Numbered from the stretch's first letter, positions 15,905 through 26,179 are shown. The stretch is DNA of 32,000 nucleotides from Lachnospiraceae bacterium (GCA_017624115.1 JAGANQ010000029.1:5148-37147), one strand, 5' to 3'. Made by a program: numbers and translations. The notes: generated from the sequence alone by a model not told the origin.

Positions 15905-16861
15905 ATGAAGAAAAGAATGCTTGCAGTCATGACCGCAGCGGTTATGGCGATGTCAGCACTGACCGGATGTGGTTCAGGCGGCAGTAAGACAGTAAACATC
16001 GGTGTAATTCAGCTCACAGAGCATCCGGCACTGGATGCCGCATATCAGGGCTTTGTGGATGGTCTGTCAGAGGCTGGCTATAAGGATGGGGAAAATATCA
16101 AGATTAACTTTAATAATGCACAGGGTGACCAGTCAAACTGTACAACGATTGCACAGAAGCTGGTAAATGACAAGAGCGATCTGATTCTTGCGATTGCTAC
16201 TCCTGCTGCCCAGGCATGTGCCGCACAGACAACAGAGATACCGATTTTGATTACAGCCGTAACAGATCCTGAGACTTCCGGTCTGGTGGAATCGAATAAA
16301 GCGCCTGGCGGAAATGTAACAGGAACCTCTGATCTGACTCCTGTAGCAGAGCAGATGAAGCTTCTGACACAGCTGCTTCCAGAAGCAAAGACAGTTGGCA
16401 TATTATATTGCTCTGCAGAAGATAACTCTATTTTCCAGGCGAATATCGCTAAGGATGAGGCGACAAAGGCAGGGCTTTCCTATGTGGAAGCGACTGTTTC
16501 CAACACCAACGAGATTATGTCTGTTGTAGAATCGCTGGTAGGTAAGGTAGATGTTATTTATGCACCGACTGACAATATGATTGCAGAAGGTATGGCAGCC
16601 GTAAGCTCTGTGGCTACGGAGAATGGAATTCCATGTATCGTAGGTGAGGAAGGAATGGTAACGAATGGCGGTCTGGCTACTTACGGTCTGGATTATTATA
16701 ACCTTGGAAAGCAGACAGCTGCTATGGCAGTTTCCGTACTTAAGGGTGAGAAGAAGCCGGCTGAGATGCCGATTGAGTATCTGACAGACTGTACACTCAC
16801 AATCAACGAGGAAGTTGCAAAAACGCTTAATATTGAGATTCCTGCTGAATTGGCAAAATAA
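15905..16861 (+). CDS. ABC transporter substrate-binding lipoprotein (ABC_sub_bind type, the family that includes TrpX-like binding proteins)
   Basis: Lipobox ALTGC. Family-typical strings: IGVIQLTEHPALDAA, NAQGDQSN, LILAIATPAAQA, ITAVTDPETSGLV, GGNVTGTSD. RBS AAAGGAGG. Confidence 0.85.
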   Translation: MKKRMLAVMTAAVMAMSALTGCGSGGSKTVNIGVIQLTEHPALDAAYQGFVDGLSEAGYKDGENIKINFNNAQGDQSNCTTIAQKLVNDKSDLILAIATPAAQACAAQTTEIPILITAVTDPETSGLVESNKAPGGNVTGTSDLTPVAEQMKLLTQLLPEAKTVGILYCSAEDNSIFQANIAKDEATKAGLSYVEATVSNTNEIMSVVESLVGKVDVIYAPTDNMIAEGMAAVSSVATENGIPCIVGEEGMVTNGGLATYGLDYYNLGKQTAAMAVSVLKGEKKPAEMPIEYLTDCTLTINEEVAKTLNIEIPAELAK

Positions 16862-16887
16862 GCAGGTCTTACAGGAAAGAGAAACAG

Positions 16888-16917
16888 GGCTGCCGCGAAA
16901 ACTGGCGGCAGCCTTTT
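16888..16917 (+). terminator. Intra-operon hairpin (partial terminator or mRNA stabiliser) after the binding-protein gene
   Basis: A 9-bp GC-rich stem, GGCTGCCGC-gaaaactg-GCGGCAGCC, followed by only TTTT. This arrangement is typical of differential expression of a binding protein versus its membrane components. Confidence 0.55.
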
Positions 16918-16980
16918 AACCTGTCGGAGAAGAATCGCCAGGGTGTTCTTGAAAATTCGGATTGAAGGAGAAAATTATTT

Positions 16981-17955
16981 ATGGAAGGAATTTTACTGGC
17001 AACGCAGGGAGCTATTGCACAGGGAATTTTATGGGGAGTAATGGTTCTGGGAGTCTATATCACATTTCGTGTGCTGGATTTTCCAGATATGACAGTGGAT
17101 GGAAGCTTTGCACTTGGCGGAGCTGTGTGTGCGACAATGATTACGAAAGGAATGAATCCGTTCCTGGCGGTGCTCGTGGCAATTCTTACGGGTGTGCTCG
17201 CCGGTTATGTGACCGGATTTTTACATACAGTGTTTCAGATACCGGGAATTCTCGCCGGAATTCTGACACAGATATCATTATATTCAATCAATCTGAGAAT
17301 TATGGGACGTTCTAATCTGCCGCTTCTTAAAATGGATACGGTTTTTGATATGGTACAGCATGCGGTATATAACCTTACCGGACTGGAACTGGCATCTGTG
17401 CATGTAGCGCTGCTCATTGGCACGATAATGGCAATACTTGTTATCTGTCTTTTGTACTGGTTTTTCGGAACGGAAATCGGCTGTGCAATCCGGGCAACCG
17501 GAAATAATGAGTATATGGTTCGTGCATTGGGACAGAATACCAATGTTACAAAGGTAATGGCATTGATGCTTTCCAATGGTCTGATTGGTATGTCAGGTGC
17601 GATGGTGGCGATGTATCAGGGCTTTGGTGATGTCAGCATGGGAACAGGTGCAATCGTTATCGGACTGGCGTCTATCGTTATCGGTGAGGTACTGTTTAAG
17701 AGCTTTAAATCCTTCTTTGGGAAATTTATGTCTGTTGTATTCGGCGCTATTATTTACCGTATTATTGTTGCCTATGTATTGCAGCTTGGTCTGACAGCAA
17801 GCGATTTGAAGCTTCTGACAGCAATTGTCGTGGCGATTGCACTGGCAGTTCCGGTTCTTGCAAAATATACCTTCTTTAAGAAGCTGTCCCGCACGCTGCA
17901 TTATGTATTTGCGAGACTGTTTGGAAAGGTGAAGAGACAGGAGGGAGAACAGTAA
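16981..17955 (+). CDS. ABC transporter permease (partner of the ABC_sub_bind lipoprotein)
   Basis: 324 aa and polytopic, with the start MEGILLATQGAIAQGILWGVMVLGVYITFRVLDFPDMTVDGSF typical of this permease family. RBS GAAGGAG. Its stop overlaps the next start (TAATG). Confidence 0.88.
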   Translation: MEGILLATQGAIAQGILWGVMVLGVYITFRVLDFPDMTVDGSFALGGAVCATMITKGMNPFLAVLVAILTGVLAGYVTGFLHTVFQIPGILAGILTQISLYSINLRIMGRSNLPLLKMDTVFDMVQHAVYNLTGLELASVHVALLIGTIMAILVICLLYWFFGTEIGCAIRATGNNEYMVRALGQNTNVTKVMALMLSNGLIGMSGAMVAMYQGFGDVSMGTGAIVIGLASIVIGEVLFKSFKSFFGKFMSVVFGAIIYRIIVAYVLQLGLTASDLKLLTAIVVAIALAVPVLAKYTFFKKLSRTLHYVFARLFGKVKRQEGEQ

Positions 17956-18749
17956 TGCTGGAGCTTAGAAATGTATATAAAACATTTAATATCGGAACTA
18001 TCAATGAGAAGAAGGCATTACAGGATTTGAACCTTCATCTGAATCCAAAGGATTTTGTAACTGTTATCGGCGGCAATGGTGCAGGAAAGTCTACGATGCT
18101 GAATATGATAGCCGGTGTATACCCGATTGACAGCGGTATGATTATACTGGATGGGCAGGATATTACAAATAAACCGGAATATAAAAGGGCAGCAATGCTT
18201 GGGAGAGTGTTCCAGGATCCGATGCGCGGGACTGCAGCGGGTATGGAAATTCAGGAAAATCTTGCGATGGCATACCGCAGAGGCAAGAGACGTGGTCTTA
18301 GCTGGGGCATCAAGTCGGAAGAGAAGGAGCAATACAGAGAGGCATTAAAAATGCTGGATTTGGGACTGGAGGACCGTATGACCTCAAAGGTGGGACTCCT
18401 TTCCGGTGGTCAGCGTCAGGCGCTTACACTTTTAATGGCGAGTCTGCAAAAGCCGAAGCTCTTGCTTCTGGATGAGCATACGGCGGCACTTGACCCAAAG
18501 ACAGCAAAGAAGGTACTGGATTTGACCGAGCATATTGTAGAGACACAGGAGCTTACTGCTCTGATGGTAACACATAATATGAAGGATGCTATTCATATTG
18601 GCAATCGTCTTATTATGATGTATGATGGGCATGTCATCTATGACGTGTCTGGAGAGGAAAAGAAGAATCTTAAGGTGGATGATTTGTTGCAGAAATTTGT
18701 CACTGCAAGTGGGGAAGAATTTGCGAATGACAGAATGATGCTTGCATAG
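17955..18749 (+). CDS. ABC transporter ATP-binding protein
   Basis: Walker A GGNGAGKST, signature LSGGQRQAL, Walker B LLLLDEHTAALD. It is translationally coupled to the permease gene. Confidence 0.92.
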   Translation: MLELRNVYKTFNIGTINEKKALQDLNLHLNPKDFVTVIGGNGAGKSTMLNMIAGVYPIDSGMIILDGQDITNKPEYKRAAMLGRVFQDPMRGTAAGMEIQENLAMAYRRGKRRGLSWGIKSEEKEQYREALKMLDLGLEDRMTSKVGLLSGGQRQALTLLMASLQKPKLLLLDEHTAALDPKTAKKVLDLTEHIVETQELTALMVTHNMKDAIHIGNRLIMMYDGHVIYDVSGEEKKNLKVDDLLQKFVTASGEEFANDRMMLA

Positions 18750-18787
18750 TGTGCATGATGGTATTGCAGACAGCTCATCTGATATAT

Positions 18788-18828
18788 GCGCCTCGTAAGC
18801 AGGGATGCCCGGGGCGCTGTTTGTTGTT
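18788..18828 (+). terminator. Probable rho-independent terminator
   Basis: An 8-bp stem, GCGCCTCG...CGGGGCGC, with one G.U pair and a 14-nt loop, followed by TGTTTGTTGTT. Confidence 0.45.
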
Positions 18829-18851
18829 GAAAAGAGGAAAGGATTGAAGAA

Positions 18852-20771
18852 ATGGCAAAGAAGGAGACATATGATGCGGGGAGTATCACTGTGCTGGAGG
18901 GCTTGGAGGCAGTGCGCAAGCGCCCCGGCATGTATATCGGAAGTGTATCAACCAAGGGGCTGAACCACCTGATTTATGAAATTGTGGATAATGCCGTGGA
19001 TGAGCATTTGAACGGATATTGTGATTCTATCTGGGTTACGCTGGAAAAGGACGGTTCTGCGACGATTAAGGATAATGGGCGCGGTGTGTCGGTCGATATG
19101 CACCCTAAAGGGCTCCCGGCGGCTCGTATTGTCTATACGACCTTACATGCGGGCGGTAAATTTGGTGATGGCGCTTATAAAACCTCCGGTGGTCTGCATG
19201 GTGTAGGCTCTTCGGTTGTAAATGCGCTGTCTGAGTATATGGATATTAAGATATCCAAGGATGGCGGGATTCACCATGACCGCTATGAGAGAGGGGTACC
19301 GGTAGTGGAGCTGGTAAACGGGCTGCTTCCGGTTATTGGAAGGACGAAAGCGACAGGTACGGAGGTGAATTTTCTGCCGGATGAGGAGATATTTGAGAAA
19401 ATCCGATTTAAGGCAGATGCGGTCAAGAGCCGTCTGCATGAAACCGCTTATTTGAATCCTGAGCTTACTATTTATTTTGAAAATAAACGTGCGGGCGAGG
19501 AGGAGCATGTAGTATTCCATGAAAAAGACGGTATCAGCGGTTTTGTCAGAGCTTTGAATGAAGGCAAAGAAACGGTTACGGATATTATTTCCTTTAAGGG
19601 AGAGTCGGACGGAATTATCGTGGAGGCAGCGTTCCAGTATATCAATGAATTTCAGGAGAATATTCTTGGTTTCTGCAACAATATCTATACACAGGAGGGC
19701 GGTACGCATCTGACTGGCTTTAAGACTGTATGTACAACGATTATCAACAGTTATGCCAGAGAGCTGGGTATTCTCAAAGAAAAGGATATGAATTTTACGG
19801 GTGCTGATGTAAGAAACGGTATGACGGCTGTTATTTCGATTAAGCATCCGGATCCGCGTTTTGAAGGACAGACAAAGACAAAGCTGGATAATCCAGATGC
19901 CAGCAAGGCAACCGCACAGGTGACAAATGAAGAGCTGGTGCTGTATTTTGACCGTAATCTGGAAACCTTAAAGGCAGTTATCGGCTGTGCAGAGAAATCA
20001 GCAAAAATCCGCAAGGCGGAAGAAAAGGCGAAGACAAATCTGCTAAGCAAACCGAAATTTTCCTTTGATTCCAACGGAAAGCTGGCAAACTGTGAGAGCC
20101 GCGATGCTTCTAAATGTGAAATCTTCATCGTGGAGGGAGACTCTGCGGGCGGCTCTGCCAAGACAGCGAGAAACCGCATGTACCAGGCGATTCTTCCTAT
20201 TCGTGGAAAGATTCTGAATGTGGAAAAGGCAACGATGGACAAGGTGCTTGCCAATGCAGAAATCCAGACAATGATAAATGCGTTCGGCTGTGGATTCTCA
20301 GAGGGCTATGGAAATGATTTTGATATCAGCAAGCTCCGTTATGATAAGATTATTATTATGGCAGATGCGGATGTTGATGGAGCGCATATCTGTACGCTGC
20401 TTTTGACTCTGTTTTATCGTTTTATGCCTGAGCTGATTTATGAAGGGCATGTTTATATCGCCATGCCGCCGTTATATAAGGCACAGCCGGCGAGGGGACA
20501 GGAGGAATATCTCTATGACGATAAGGCATTAGAGAAATATAGAAGGACGCATAAAAATTTTATTCTGCAAAGGTATAAGGGCCTTGGTGAGATGGATGCA
20601 GACCAATTATGGGAGACGACACTGAATCCGGAGACGAGAATGCTCAAACGTGTGGAAATTGAAGACGGTAAGATGGCTTCCGATGTCACGGGCATTCTTA
20701 TGGGAACGGATGTCGTGCCAAGAAGACAATTCATATACGAGCATGCAAACGAAGCGGATGTTGATGCATAA
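18852..20771 (+). CDS. parE: Type IIA DNA topoisomerase subunit B (GyrB/ParE family; topo IV-like second copy)
   Basis: 639 aa. GHKL ATPase N-terminus: ITVLEGLEAVRKRPGMYIGS, YEIVDNAVDE, GGLHGVGSSVVNALS. Toprim domain: EIFIVEGDSAGGSAK. C-terminal string: PLYK...KGLGEM. It is not in the dnaA-dnaN-recF-gyrB origin context, and it is paired with an A subunit in which I found no GyrA box. The ParE versus GyrB assignment is inference. Confidence 0.85.
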   Translation: MAKKETYDAGSITVLEGLEAVRKRPGMYIGSVSTKGLNHLIYEIVDNAVDEHLNGYCDSIWVTLEKDGSATIKDNGRGVSVDMHPKGLPAARIVYTTLHAGGKFGDGAYKTSGGLHGVGSSVVNALSEYMDIKISKDGGIHHDRYERGVPVVELVNGLLPVIGRTKATGTEVNFLPDEEIFEKIRFKADAVKSRLHETAYLNPELTIYFENKRAGEEEHVVFHEKDGISGFVRALNEGKETVTDIISFKGESDGIIVEAAFQYINEFQENILGFCNNIYTQEGGTHLTGFKTVCTTIINSYARELGILKEKDMNFTGADVRNGMTAVISIKHPDPRFEGQTKTKLDNPDASKATAQVTNEELVLYFDRNLETLKAVIGCAEKSAKIRKAEEKAKTNLLSKPKFSFDSNGKLANCESRDASKCEIFIVEGDSAGGSAKTARNRMYQAILPIRGKILNVEKATMDKVLANAEIQTMINAFGCGFSEGYGNDFDISKLRYDKIIIMADADVDGAHICTLLLTLFYRFMPELIYEGHVYIAMPPLYKAQPARGQEEYLYDDKALEKYRRTHKNFILQRYKGLGEMDADQLWETTLNPETRMLKRVEIEDGKMASDVTGILMGTDVVPRRQFIYEHANEADVDA

Positions 20772-20924
20772 AACGAGCCATGCAGCCGGACGCTGCGTGC
20801 TGGCACGCAAAGCGGTTAGGCTATATGGCGAATTAGCATCATGAACGAAGGGCGAAGCCCGTAGTGAAGGATGCGTTCTGGCGGAGCCAGAGTTTTATGC
20901 GAATAAAACAAGAAAGGAATTATT

Positions 20925-23171
20925 ATGGCGGAACAGATTATTACGACAGAATATGCGGACGTGATGCAGAAGAGTTTTGTGGACTATGCGATGAGTGTTA
21001 TCACGGCGAGAGCGATTCCGGATGTCAGGGACGGTCTGAAACCGGTACAGCGCCGTGTGCTCTATGCGATGTATGAGCTGGGACTGCATTATGATAAGCC
21101 TCATCGTAAATCGGCAAGAATTGTCGGTGATACAATGGGTAAATACCACCCACACGGAGACAGTTCCATTTATGAAGCGCTGGTAGTGATGGAGCAGGAC
21201 TTTAAGAAGGGAATGGCACTGGTTGACGGTCATGGAAACTTTGGCTCTATCGAGGGTGACGGAGCGGCTGCCATACGTTATACCGAGGCTAGACTGAAAA
21301 AGTTCACGCAGGAGGTATACCTGAAGGACTTGGACAAGGACATCATCAACTATCTGCCGAACTTTGATGAGACAGAGAAGGAGCCTGAGGTGCTTCCGGT
21401 ACGTGTGCCAAACCTGTTAATCAATGGGGCAGACGGTATTGCAGTTGGTATGGCTACCTCCATACCGCCTCATAACCTGAGTGAGGTTATTCTGGCAGTG
21501 GAAGCATATCTGGATAATAACGATATCACGGTTAAAGAACTGATGAAGTATGTGAAAGGGCCGGATTTCCCGACAGGCGGTATCGTTATTAACCAGAAGG
21601 AGCTGCAGGAAATCTATGAGACAGGAAGCGGAAAAATCAAAATCCGCGGAAAGGTAGAGCTGGAGCAGGCGAAGAAAAAGGGTGACAGAGATAAGCTTGT
21701 CATTACCGAGATACCATATACGCTGGTTGGTTCTAATCTTGGAAAATTTCTCTCTGATGTGGCAGCACTGGTTGAGACGAAGAAAACGACTGACATTGTG
21801 GATATTTCCAATGAAAGCTCCAAGGAAGGGCTGCGTATTGTTCTGGAAATCAGGAAAAATGCAGATGTGGACAAGCTTTTAAATCTGCTTTATAAGAAAA
21901 CAAAGCTGGAAGATACCTTTGGCGTGAATATGCTGGCGATTGCGGACGGTAAGCCGGAGCGCTTAAGCCTTAAGGATATTATCATGTACCATGTTGATTT
22001 CCAGATTGAGCTGACTTCCAGAAAGTATAAGTATCTGCTGGAAAAGGAGCTTGATAAGAAGGAAGTCCGCGAGGGACTGATGCGTGCCTATGACATTCTT
22101 GACCTGATTATTGAGATTATCAGGGGAAGCCGGTCTTTGAAGGAAGTCAAGGCATGCCTGACGACAGGAGATACAACGGGAATCCGTTTTAAGACGAAGA
22201 ATTCCGAGAAGGAAGCAAAGAAGCTGAACTTTACAGAGAAGCAGGCAACTGCAATTCTTGAGCTGCGTCTGCAGAAATTAGTTGGCCTTGAGCTGGAGGC
22301 TCTGCAGAAGGAATATGCGGAAATTGTCAAAAATATTGCCAACTATCAGGATATTCTCGAAAATCATTCTTCCATGATAAAGGTAATTAAGAAGGATTTG
22401 GAAGCAATCCGTAAAGAATTTTCTCTGGAGAGAAAGACAGTCATTGAAAACCGTGAGGAAGCTGTCTATGAGGAAGAAGCATTAGTTGAGCAGGAGGTGG
22501 TATTTACCATGGACCGTTTCGGCTATGCCAAAACACTGGATATGTCTGCTTATGAGAGAAATCAGGAGACTGTCTGGAATGAAAATAAGTATGTGTTTAA
22601 GTGTATGAATACGGACAGAATCTGTCTTTTTACTGATACGGGAGTCCTGCATCAGATAAAGGTACTGGATATTCCGGCGGGAAAGCTGCGTGACAAGGGG
22701 CAGCCGATAGATAATCTGGGCAATTATTCCAGTGCAGGAGAGCGTATTGTGGGAATCATGCCGTTTGGAAGAATAAGAGGCAGAAAACTGCTTTTTGCAA
22801 CAGAGCAGGGTATGTTAAAGCAGGTGGATGCGTCCGAATTCGATGTGATTCGGAAAACTGTGGCGGCGACAAAGCTGCAGGACGGGGACAGTGTTATCAG
22901 TGTAAGTCTGCTGGAGGAAGAGAAAAAAGAGCTTGTATTACAGACACATGAAGGTTACTTCCTGCGGTTTTCCATAGCAGAGGTGCCGGAGAAGAAGAAA
23001 GGGGCAGTCGGTGTCCGCGGCATTAAGCTGGGTGCGAAGGATAAGGTAGAGATGTGTCACCTGATAAGCGGGCAGGAGGAAGCGATTGCTTATAAGGAAA
23101 AGGAGGTTCCGCTCTCTAAGCTAAAAACAGCGGGCAGAGATACGAAGGGAAGCAAACTGAGATTAGGATAG
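20925..23171 (+). CDS. parC: Type IIA DNA topoisomerase subunit A (GyrA/ParC family; topo IV-like)
   Basis: 748 aa. Family strings: [36 protein letters not shown], and [10 protein letters not shown], which contains the catalytic Tyr. The C-terminal domain is short and I found no QRRGGKG-type GyrA box. PVQRR and GDSSIY resemble ParC more than GyrA. Confidence 0.85.
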   Translation: MAEQIITTEYADVMQKSFVDYAMSVITARAIPDVRDGLKPVQRRVLYAMYELGLHYDKPHRKSARIVGDTMGKYHPHGDSSIYEALVVMEQDFKKGMALVDGHGNFGSIEGDGAAAIRYTEARLKKFTQEVYLKDLDKDIINYLPNFDETEKEPEVLPVRVPNLLINGADGIAVGMATSIPPHNLSEVILAVEAYLDNNDITVKELMKYVKGPDFPTGGIVINQKELQEIYETGSGKIKIRGKVELEQAKKKGDRDKLVITEIPYTLVGSNLGKFLSDVAALVETKKTTDIVDISNESSKEGLRIVLEIRKNADVDKLLNLLYKKTKLEDTFGVNMLAIADGKPERLSLKDIIMYHVDFQIELTSRKYKYLLEKELDKKEVREGLMRAYDILDLIIEIIRGSRSLKEVKACLTTGDTTGIRFKTKNSEKEAKKLNFTEKQATAILELRLQKLVGLELEALQKEYAEIVKNIANYQDILENHSSMIKVIKKDLEAIRKEFSLERKTVIENREEAVYEEEALVEQEVVFTMDRFGYAKTLDMSAYERNQETVWNENKYVFKCMNTDRICLFTDTGVLHQIKVLDIPAGKLRDKGQPIDNLGNYSSAGERIVGIMPFGRIRGRKLLFATEQGMLKQVDASEFDVIRKTVAATKLQDGDSVISVSLLEEEKKELVLQTHEGYFLRFSIAEVPEKKKGAVGVRGIKLGAKDKVEMCHLISGQEEAIAYKEKEVPLSKLKTAGRDTKGSKLRLG

Positions 23172-24182
23172 AAGCAGATAATAGTAAGGCAGAAACAGCT
23201 TTTCCATAACCGAAAAGAAAGGCAGCACTGCTCCAAGGTTAATAAATATCGGACAGAAAATCAGACTTCCGAGTGCAAAAACCGGTATGCTGGCAGACAG
23301 CAATGCCGGTTTTTTTATAATCACCAGAAGCAGGCGCACAAAGAGAAGGATAAGCAGCATATAAAGAAGCAGCGCAGTAAGCTCCTTTATAAAGCTGCCG
23401 GCTTCTTTCGTAAGCCACAGTGTCACGAGAGAAGAAGCTGCCATGAAAAGCAGTGGAATAGAAATAGAGTATATGGAAGAAACAGGAAGCTTTTTTTCAC
23501 GGTCGGACAGGCAGGTGACACCGCCTGCTAATCCGCTGATAAAGAGAAGCACGGCAATCAGACCACGGACAGGCATGGCGACAGCAGAAGGTGCCGAATT
23601 GGATGGCTCTTCTGCTAAGGTGTTCAGATATTGGTAATCCAGAGTAAAGACCTCCTGCCCATCTGCATAACTGTGATAAAGCTCTGCAATTTCCTGTACA
23701 GCCGTCCCGGTCTGTGCAGCCTCAAATATACCGGCTCTGCCGGCATAAGTGACAGCGATATCCTCTCCGAATACGCGGAACAGGGCAGAAAAGACCACCT
23801 CTCTGGATAAATCATCCATGACAGTGGAGGCGGAGACATAACAGGTAATGCTGTTTTTGTAATCCTTTTCCAGAAGCCTTGCATGAAAGCCTTTATCGAA
23901 AGCATATGCGCAGTCGAGAGCCGCCTTTGCCACGTCATTGCGCATCATTTCTTCATCCGTATAGATTTGGAAGACAAGGCTTTTACTATTGTCTTTCAGT
24001 TCAGAAAAACAGGCATCTGTCAGTGCATCAGGCTCTTTTGCATACAAACCGATGTATAGCGATGAGGCAGAGTTCTGCTCCAGCTTGCGTATAAATAGGC
24101 AGGAAAATGGCAGAAACAGACACAGCAGTAAAAAAACAGGCTGGATAAGCTGGCGCTTGCATAAAAGTAAAAATCGTTTCAT
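23163..24182 (-). CDS. ABC-2 type transporter permease-like membrane protein (second membrane subunit)
   Basis: 339 aa. It has an N-terminal TM segment, an extracytoplasmic segment of about 170 aa, then several C-terminal TM segments. It lies 11 nt downstream of the first permease gene. Its 3' end overlaps the parC 3' end by 9 nt (convergent). Confidence 0.7.
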   Translation of the reverse strand: MKRFLLLCKRQLIQPVFLLLCLFLPFSCLFIRKLEQNSASSLYIGLYAKEPDALTDACFSELKDNSKSLVFQIYTDEEMMRNDVAKAALDCAYAFDKGFHARLLEKDYKNSITCYVSASTVMDDLSREVVFSALFRVFGEDIAVTYAGRAGIFEAAQTGTAVQEIAELYHSYADGQEVFTLDYQYLNTLAEEPSNSAPSAVAMPVRGLIAVLLFISGLAGGVTCLSDREKKLPVSSIYSISIPLLFMAASSLVTLWLTKEAGSFIKELTALLLYMLLILLFVRLLLVIIKKPALLSASIPVFALGSLIFCPIFINLGAVLPFFSVMEKLFLPYYYLLLS

Positions 24183-24193
24183 AGGACTCTCCT

Positions 24194-25273
24194 TTACAGC
24201 ATCCCGCGGCAGAGCTTTAAAAGAAACGCCGTAGGAAGAAGATTGCCGAAATCTCTGACAGCTTCCGGTAAAAATACGGAAGGGAGAAAGGCTCCCGAGA
24301 GAAACAGGCAGATTATGGATAACGCTGCGGTGATAATATAGTAATTTCCGGTGTGGGGGCAGAGCATGCCAAAAAGCATAAGGATTGCCTGTGCGGACAG
24401 CACCAGCAGGAAAAAATGTCCCAATGCAGACAGAGGGAGAATTCCTGTGATAACTGACAGTGGAAACAGAATTATTGTATAAACGATGCTGATGGCAGAA
24501 AGCTTGAGCAGGAAAACCAATATGCCAGAAAGTCCCTGCCTGTCAAGCAGGAGGCGCAGTCCCGCAGATTCTGCACGAAAGTAGCTGAAGCCCGCTATGC
24601 CGGATAACAGCAAAAACAGTACAATACCGGAGCAGAGGCAGTAGTCTGTCAGAGACAGGTTATCGGTCGCAGAAACAGTTGTTGTCTGAAACATTCTGTC
24701 ACGGTTTAAGGCATACGAAAGATAGAGTTTGTTAAGCTCTTCTTCGACTTTGGAAATCGTGTTCCATTTTTCGTAGGAAATCAGTACATCCTCCACGGCA
24801 TAGATGCCTGCCTGTGCCGTACTTAAGGTGGACGTGCCGGCATCAGCCAGTGTGGCGAAGAGCATGGCTTCAAGGCTGCCCTGATTTGGCAGGATAAGCG
24901 TGGCGGAAGAATTAGTGCCGTTCAAAATATGCTCAATGAAGCTGTCTGGAATCAGAATAACTGCGTAGACTTTGCCTGTCTTTAGGAGAGCAAGGGCGTT
25001 TTCACGGTCTGTACGCTCAAAAGCGCAGGTGGAGCGTATGCTTTCCATCCGTTCCAGAAAGGAAAAGGCGAGCTCTGCATAAGCGTCATCCTCCGGGAGA
25101 ACGAGAGCAACAGGAATTTTTATTTCGTCAGGCTGTTTAAAAAGCTCTCTGCCTGCTTCTATAATGCCAAACACAAAAACAAGGCAGAAGCCCAGTATCA
25201 GGCAGAGCTTTGGAAGCAGAAGAACAGCAGATTTTAGTTGAATAAAAAAGAAGCTGATGTATTTTTTAAGCAT
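24194..25273 (-). CDS. ABC-2 type transporter permease
   Basis: 359 aa with the same architecture: TM1, a large loop, then 5 TM segments. Its start overlaps the ATPase stop by 8 nt, indicating translational coupling. Confidence 0.75.
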   Translation of the reverse strand: MLKKYISFFFIQLKSAVLLLPKLCLILGFCLVFVFGIIEAGRELFKQPDEIKIPVALVLPEDDAYAELAFSFLERMESIRSTCAFERTDRENALALLKTGKVYAVILIPDSFIEHILNGTNSSATLILPNQGSLEAMLFATLADAGTSTLSTAQAGIYAVEDVLISYEKWNTISKVEEELNKLYLSYALNRDRMFQTTTVSATDNLSLTDYCLCSGIVLFLLLSGIAGFSYFRAESAGLRLLLDRQGLSGILVFLLKLSAISIVYTIILFPLSVITGILPLSALGHFFLLVLSAQAILMLFGMLCPHTGNYYIITAALSIICLFLSGAFLPSVFLPEAVRDFGNLLPTAFLLKLCRGML

Positions 25274-25967
25274 ACGGGCGCATCCTTTCTGTCAGCAGAC
25301 GGATATCCGGATTTGCTTCGATTGGGACTAATGAGCTATTTTCCAGCAGAAAGAGACGGCTGCACAGCGCAATCTCTGCCTGCTCGTGGCTGGTCAGAAG
25401 AATCGTGCCGCCCTGTTCCCTGTAAAGCTGCAGATAGCGGTAAATGTCCTCCTTTGATACAAAGTCCAGGGAGGCACCCGGCTCATCTAACAGTAATACC
25501 GGCGGATGGACAGCAAGTGCGCAGGCTATGGCAAGGCGGCGCTTCATGCCGCCTGACAGATTTTTGGCTCTGGTTTTCAGGCAGGAATCCAGTCCAAACA
25601 GATGCGGAACGCCATTTTTTAAGTCTTCCTTCAGAAATGTCGGGGAGTCTGCATAAAAGTAGCGCAGATTGTCCAGTACACTGAGGGAGGAAAAAAGAGG
25701 ATTGTCCTGCGGCACATAACCGGCAGAAGCGGCAAAATCTGCTTTTTTCCGTGCGGTTCTGCCAAAGAAGCTGACTGTACCGGCATCGGAAGCCAGACAG
25801 CCGGCGAGAATGGATAGAAGAGTGGATTTGCCGCAGCCGTTAGCGCCGAGGATACCGATACATTCTCCTTTCCACACTGTAAGAGAAACAGAAGACAGTA
25901 TCTGTTTTTTTCCGTATGATTTTGATATGCCGGACAGCTCCATAACCGGAGTGCTTTCTGTGTTCAT
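25266..25967 (-). CDS. ABC transporter ATP-binding protein
   Basis: 233 aa. Walker A GANGCGKST, signature LSGGMKRRL, Walker B VLLLDEPGASLD. The RBS AGGGAGGAAGG lies upstream of the ATG at 25967. Confidence 0.92.
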   Translation of the reverse strand: MNTESTPVMELSGISKSYGKKQILSSVSLTVWKGECIGILGANGCGKSTLLSILAGCLASDAGTVSFFGRTARKKADFAASAGYVPQDNPLFSSLSVLDNLRYFYADSPTFLKEDLKNGVPHLFGLDSCLKTRAKNLSGGMKRRLAIACALAVHPPVLLLDEPGASLDFVSKEDIYRYLQLYREQGGTILLTSHEQAEIALCSRLFLLENSSLVPIEANPDIRLLTERMRPYA

Positions 25968-26020
25968 AGTGACCTTCCTCCCTTACATTCTGACCCATGA
26001 TGCTGTAAGCATGAAACGCA

Positions 26021-26043
26021 TGACCTTTTGACCCTGGTATCAT
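26021..26043 (-). promoter_or_regulatory. Third copy of the ACCAGGGTCAAAAG motif, at the transcription start region of the ABC-2 operon
   Basis: The reverse strand reads ATGATACCAGGGTCAAAAGGTCA. The first 19 nt are identical to 1971-1989. The motif begins inside the -10 box of the promoter below, so it would cover about +1 to +20. Confidence 0.55.
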
Positions 26044-26044
26044 C

Positions 26045-26073
26045 ATCATATTTGTCCCGGGAATATTTGTCAA
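26045..26073 (-). promoter_or_regulatory. Near-consensus sigma-A promoter of the ABC-2 transporter operon
   Basis: The reverse strand reads TTGACA (26073-26068), a 17-nt spacer, then TATGAT (26050-26045). Confidence 0.6.
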
Positions 26074-26086
26074 GACAAAGTTATTG

Positions 26087-26115
26087 TAGAAATTTGTCCT
26101 GAAATTGTGTATACT
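26087..26115 (+). promoter_or_regulatory. Candidate promoter of the glycyl-radical enzyme operon
   Basis: TAGAAA (26087-26092), a 17-nt spacer, then TATACT (26110-26115). The -35 is weak. Confidence 0.35.
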
Positions 26116-26179
26116 AAAAGATATAGTATGGTTGTGTAATGAAGAGAGAATCAGCAGAAAAAGAAAGGAGTCAAAATTT

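Noticed and set aside
20782-20838. 18-codon ORF (MQPDAACWHAKRLGYMAN) in the parE-parC spacer, and track ORF 20650..20844
   Set aside because: Neither has an SD. They overlap the parE 3' end or hairpin sequence, so they are probably non-coding.
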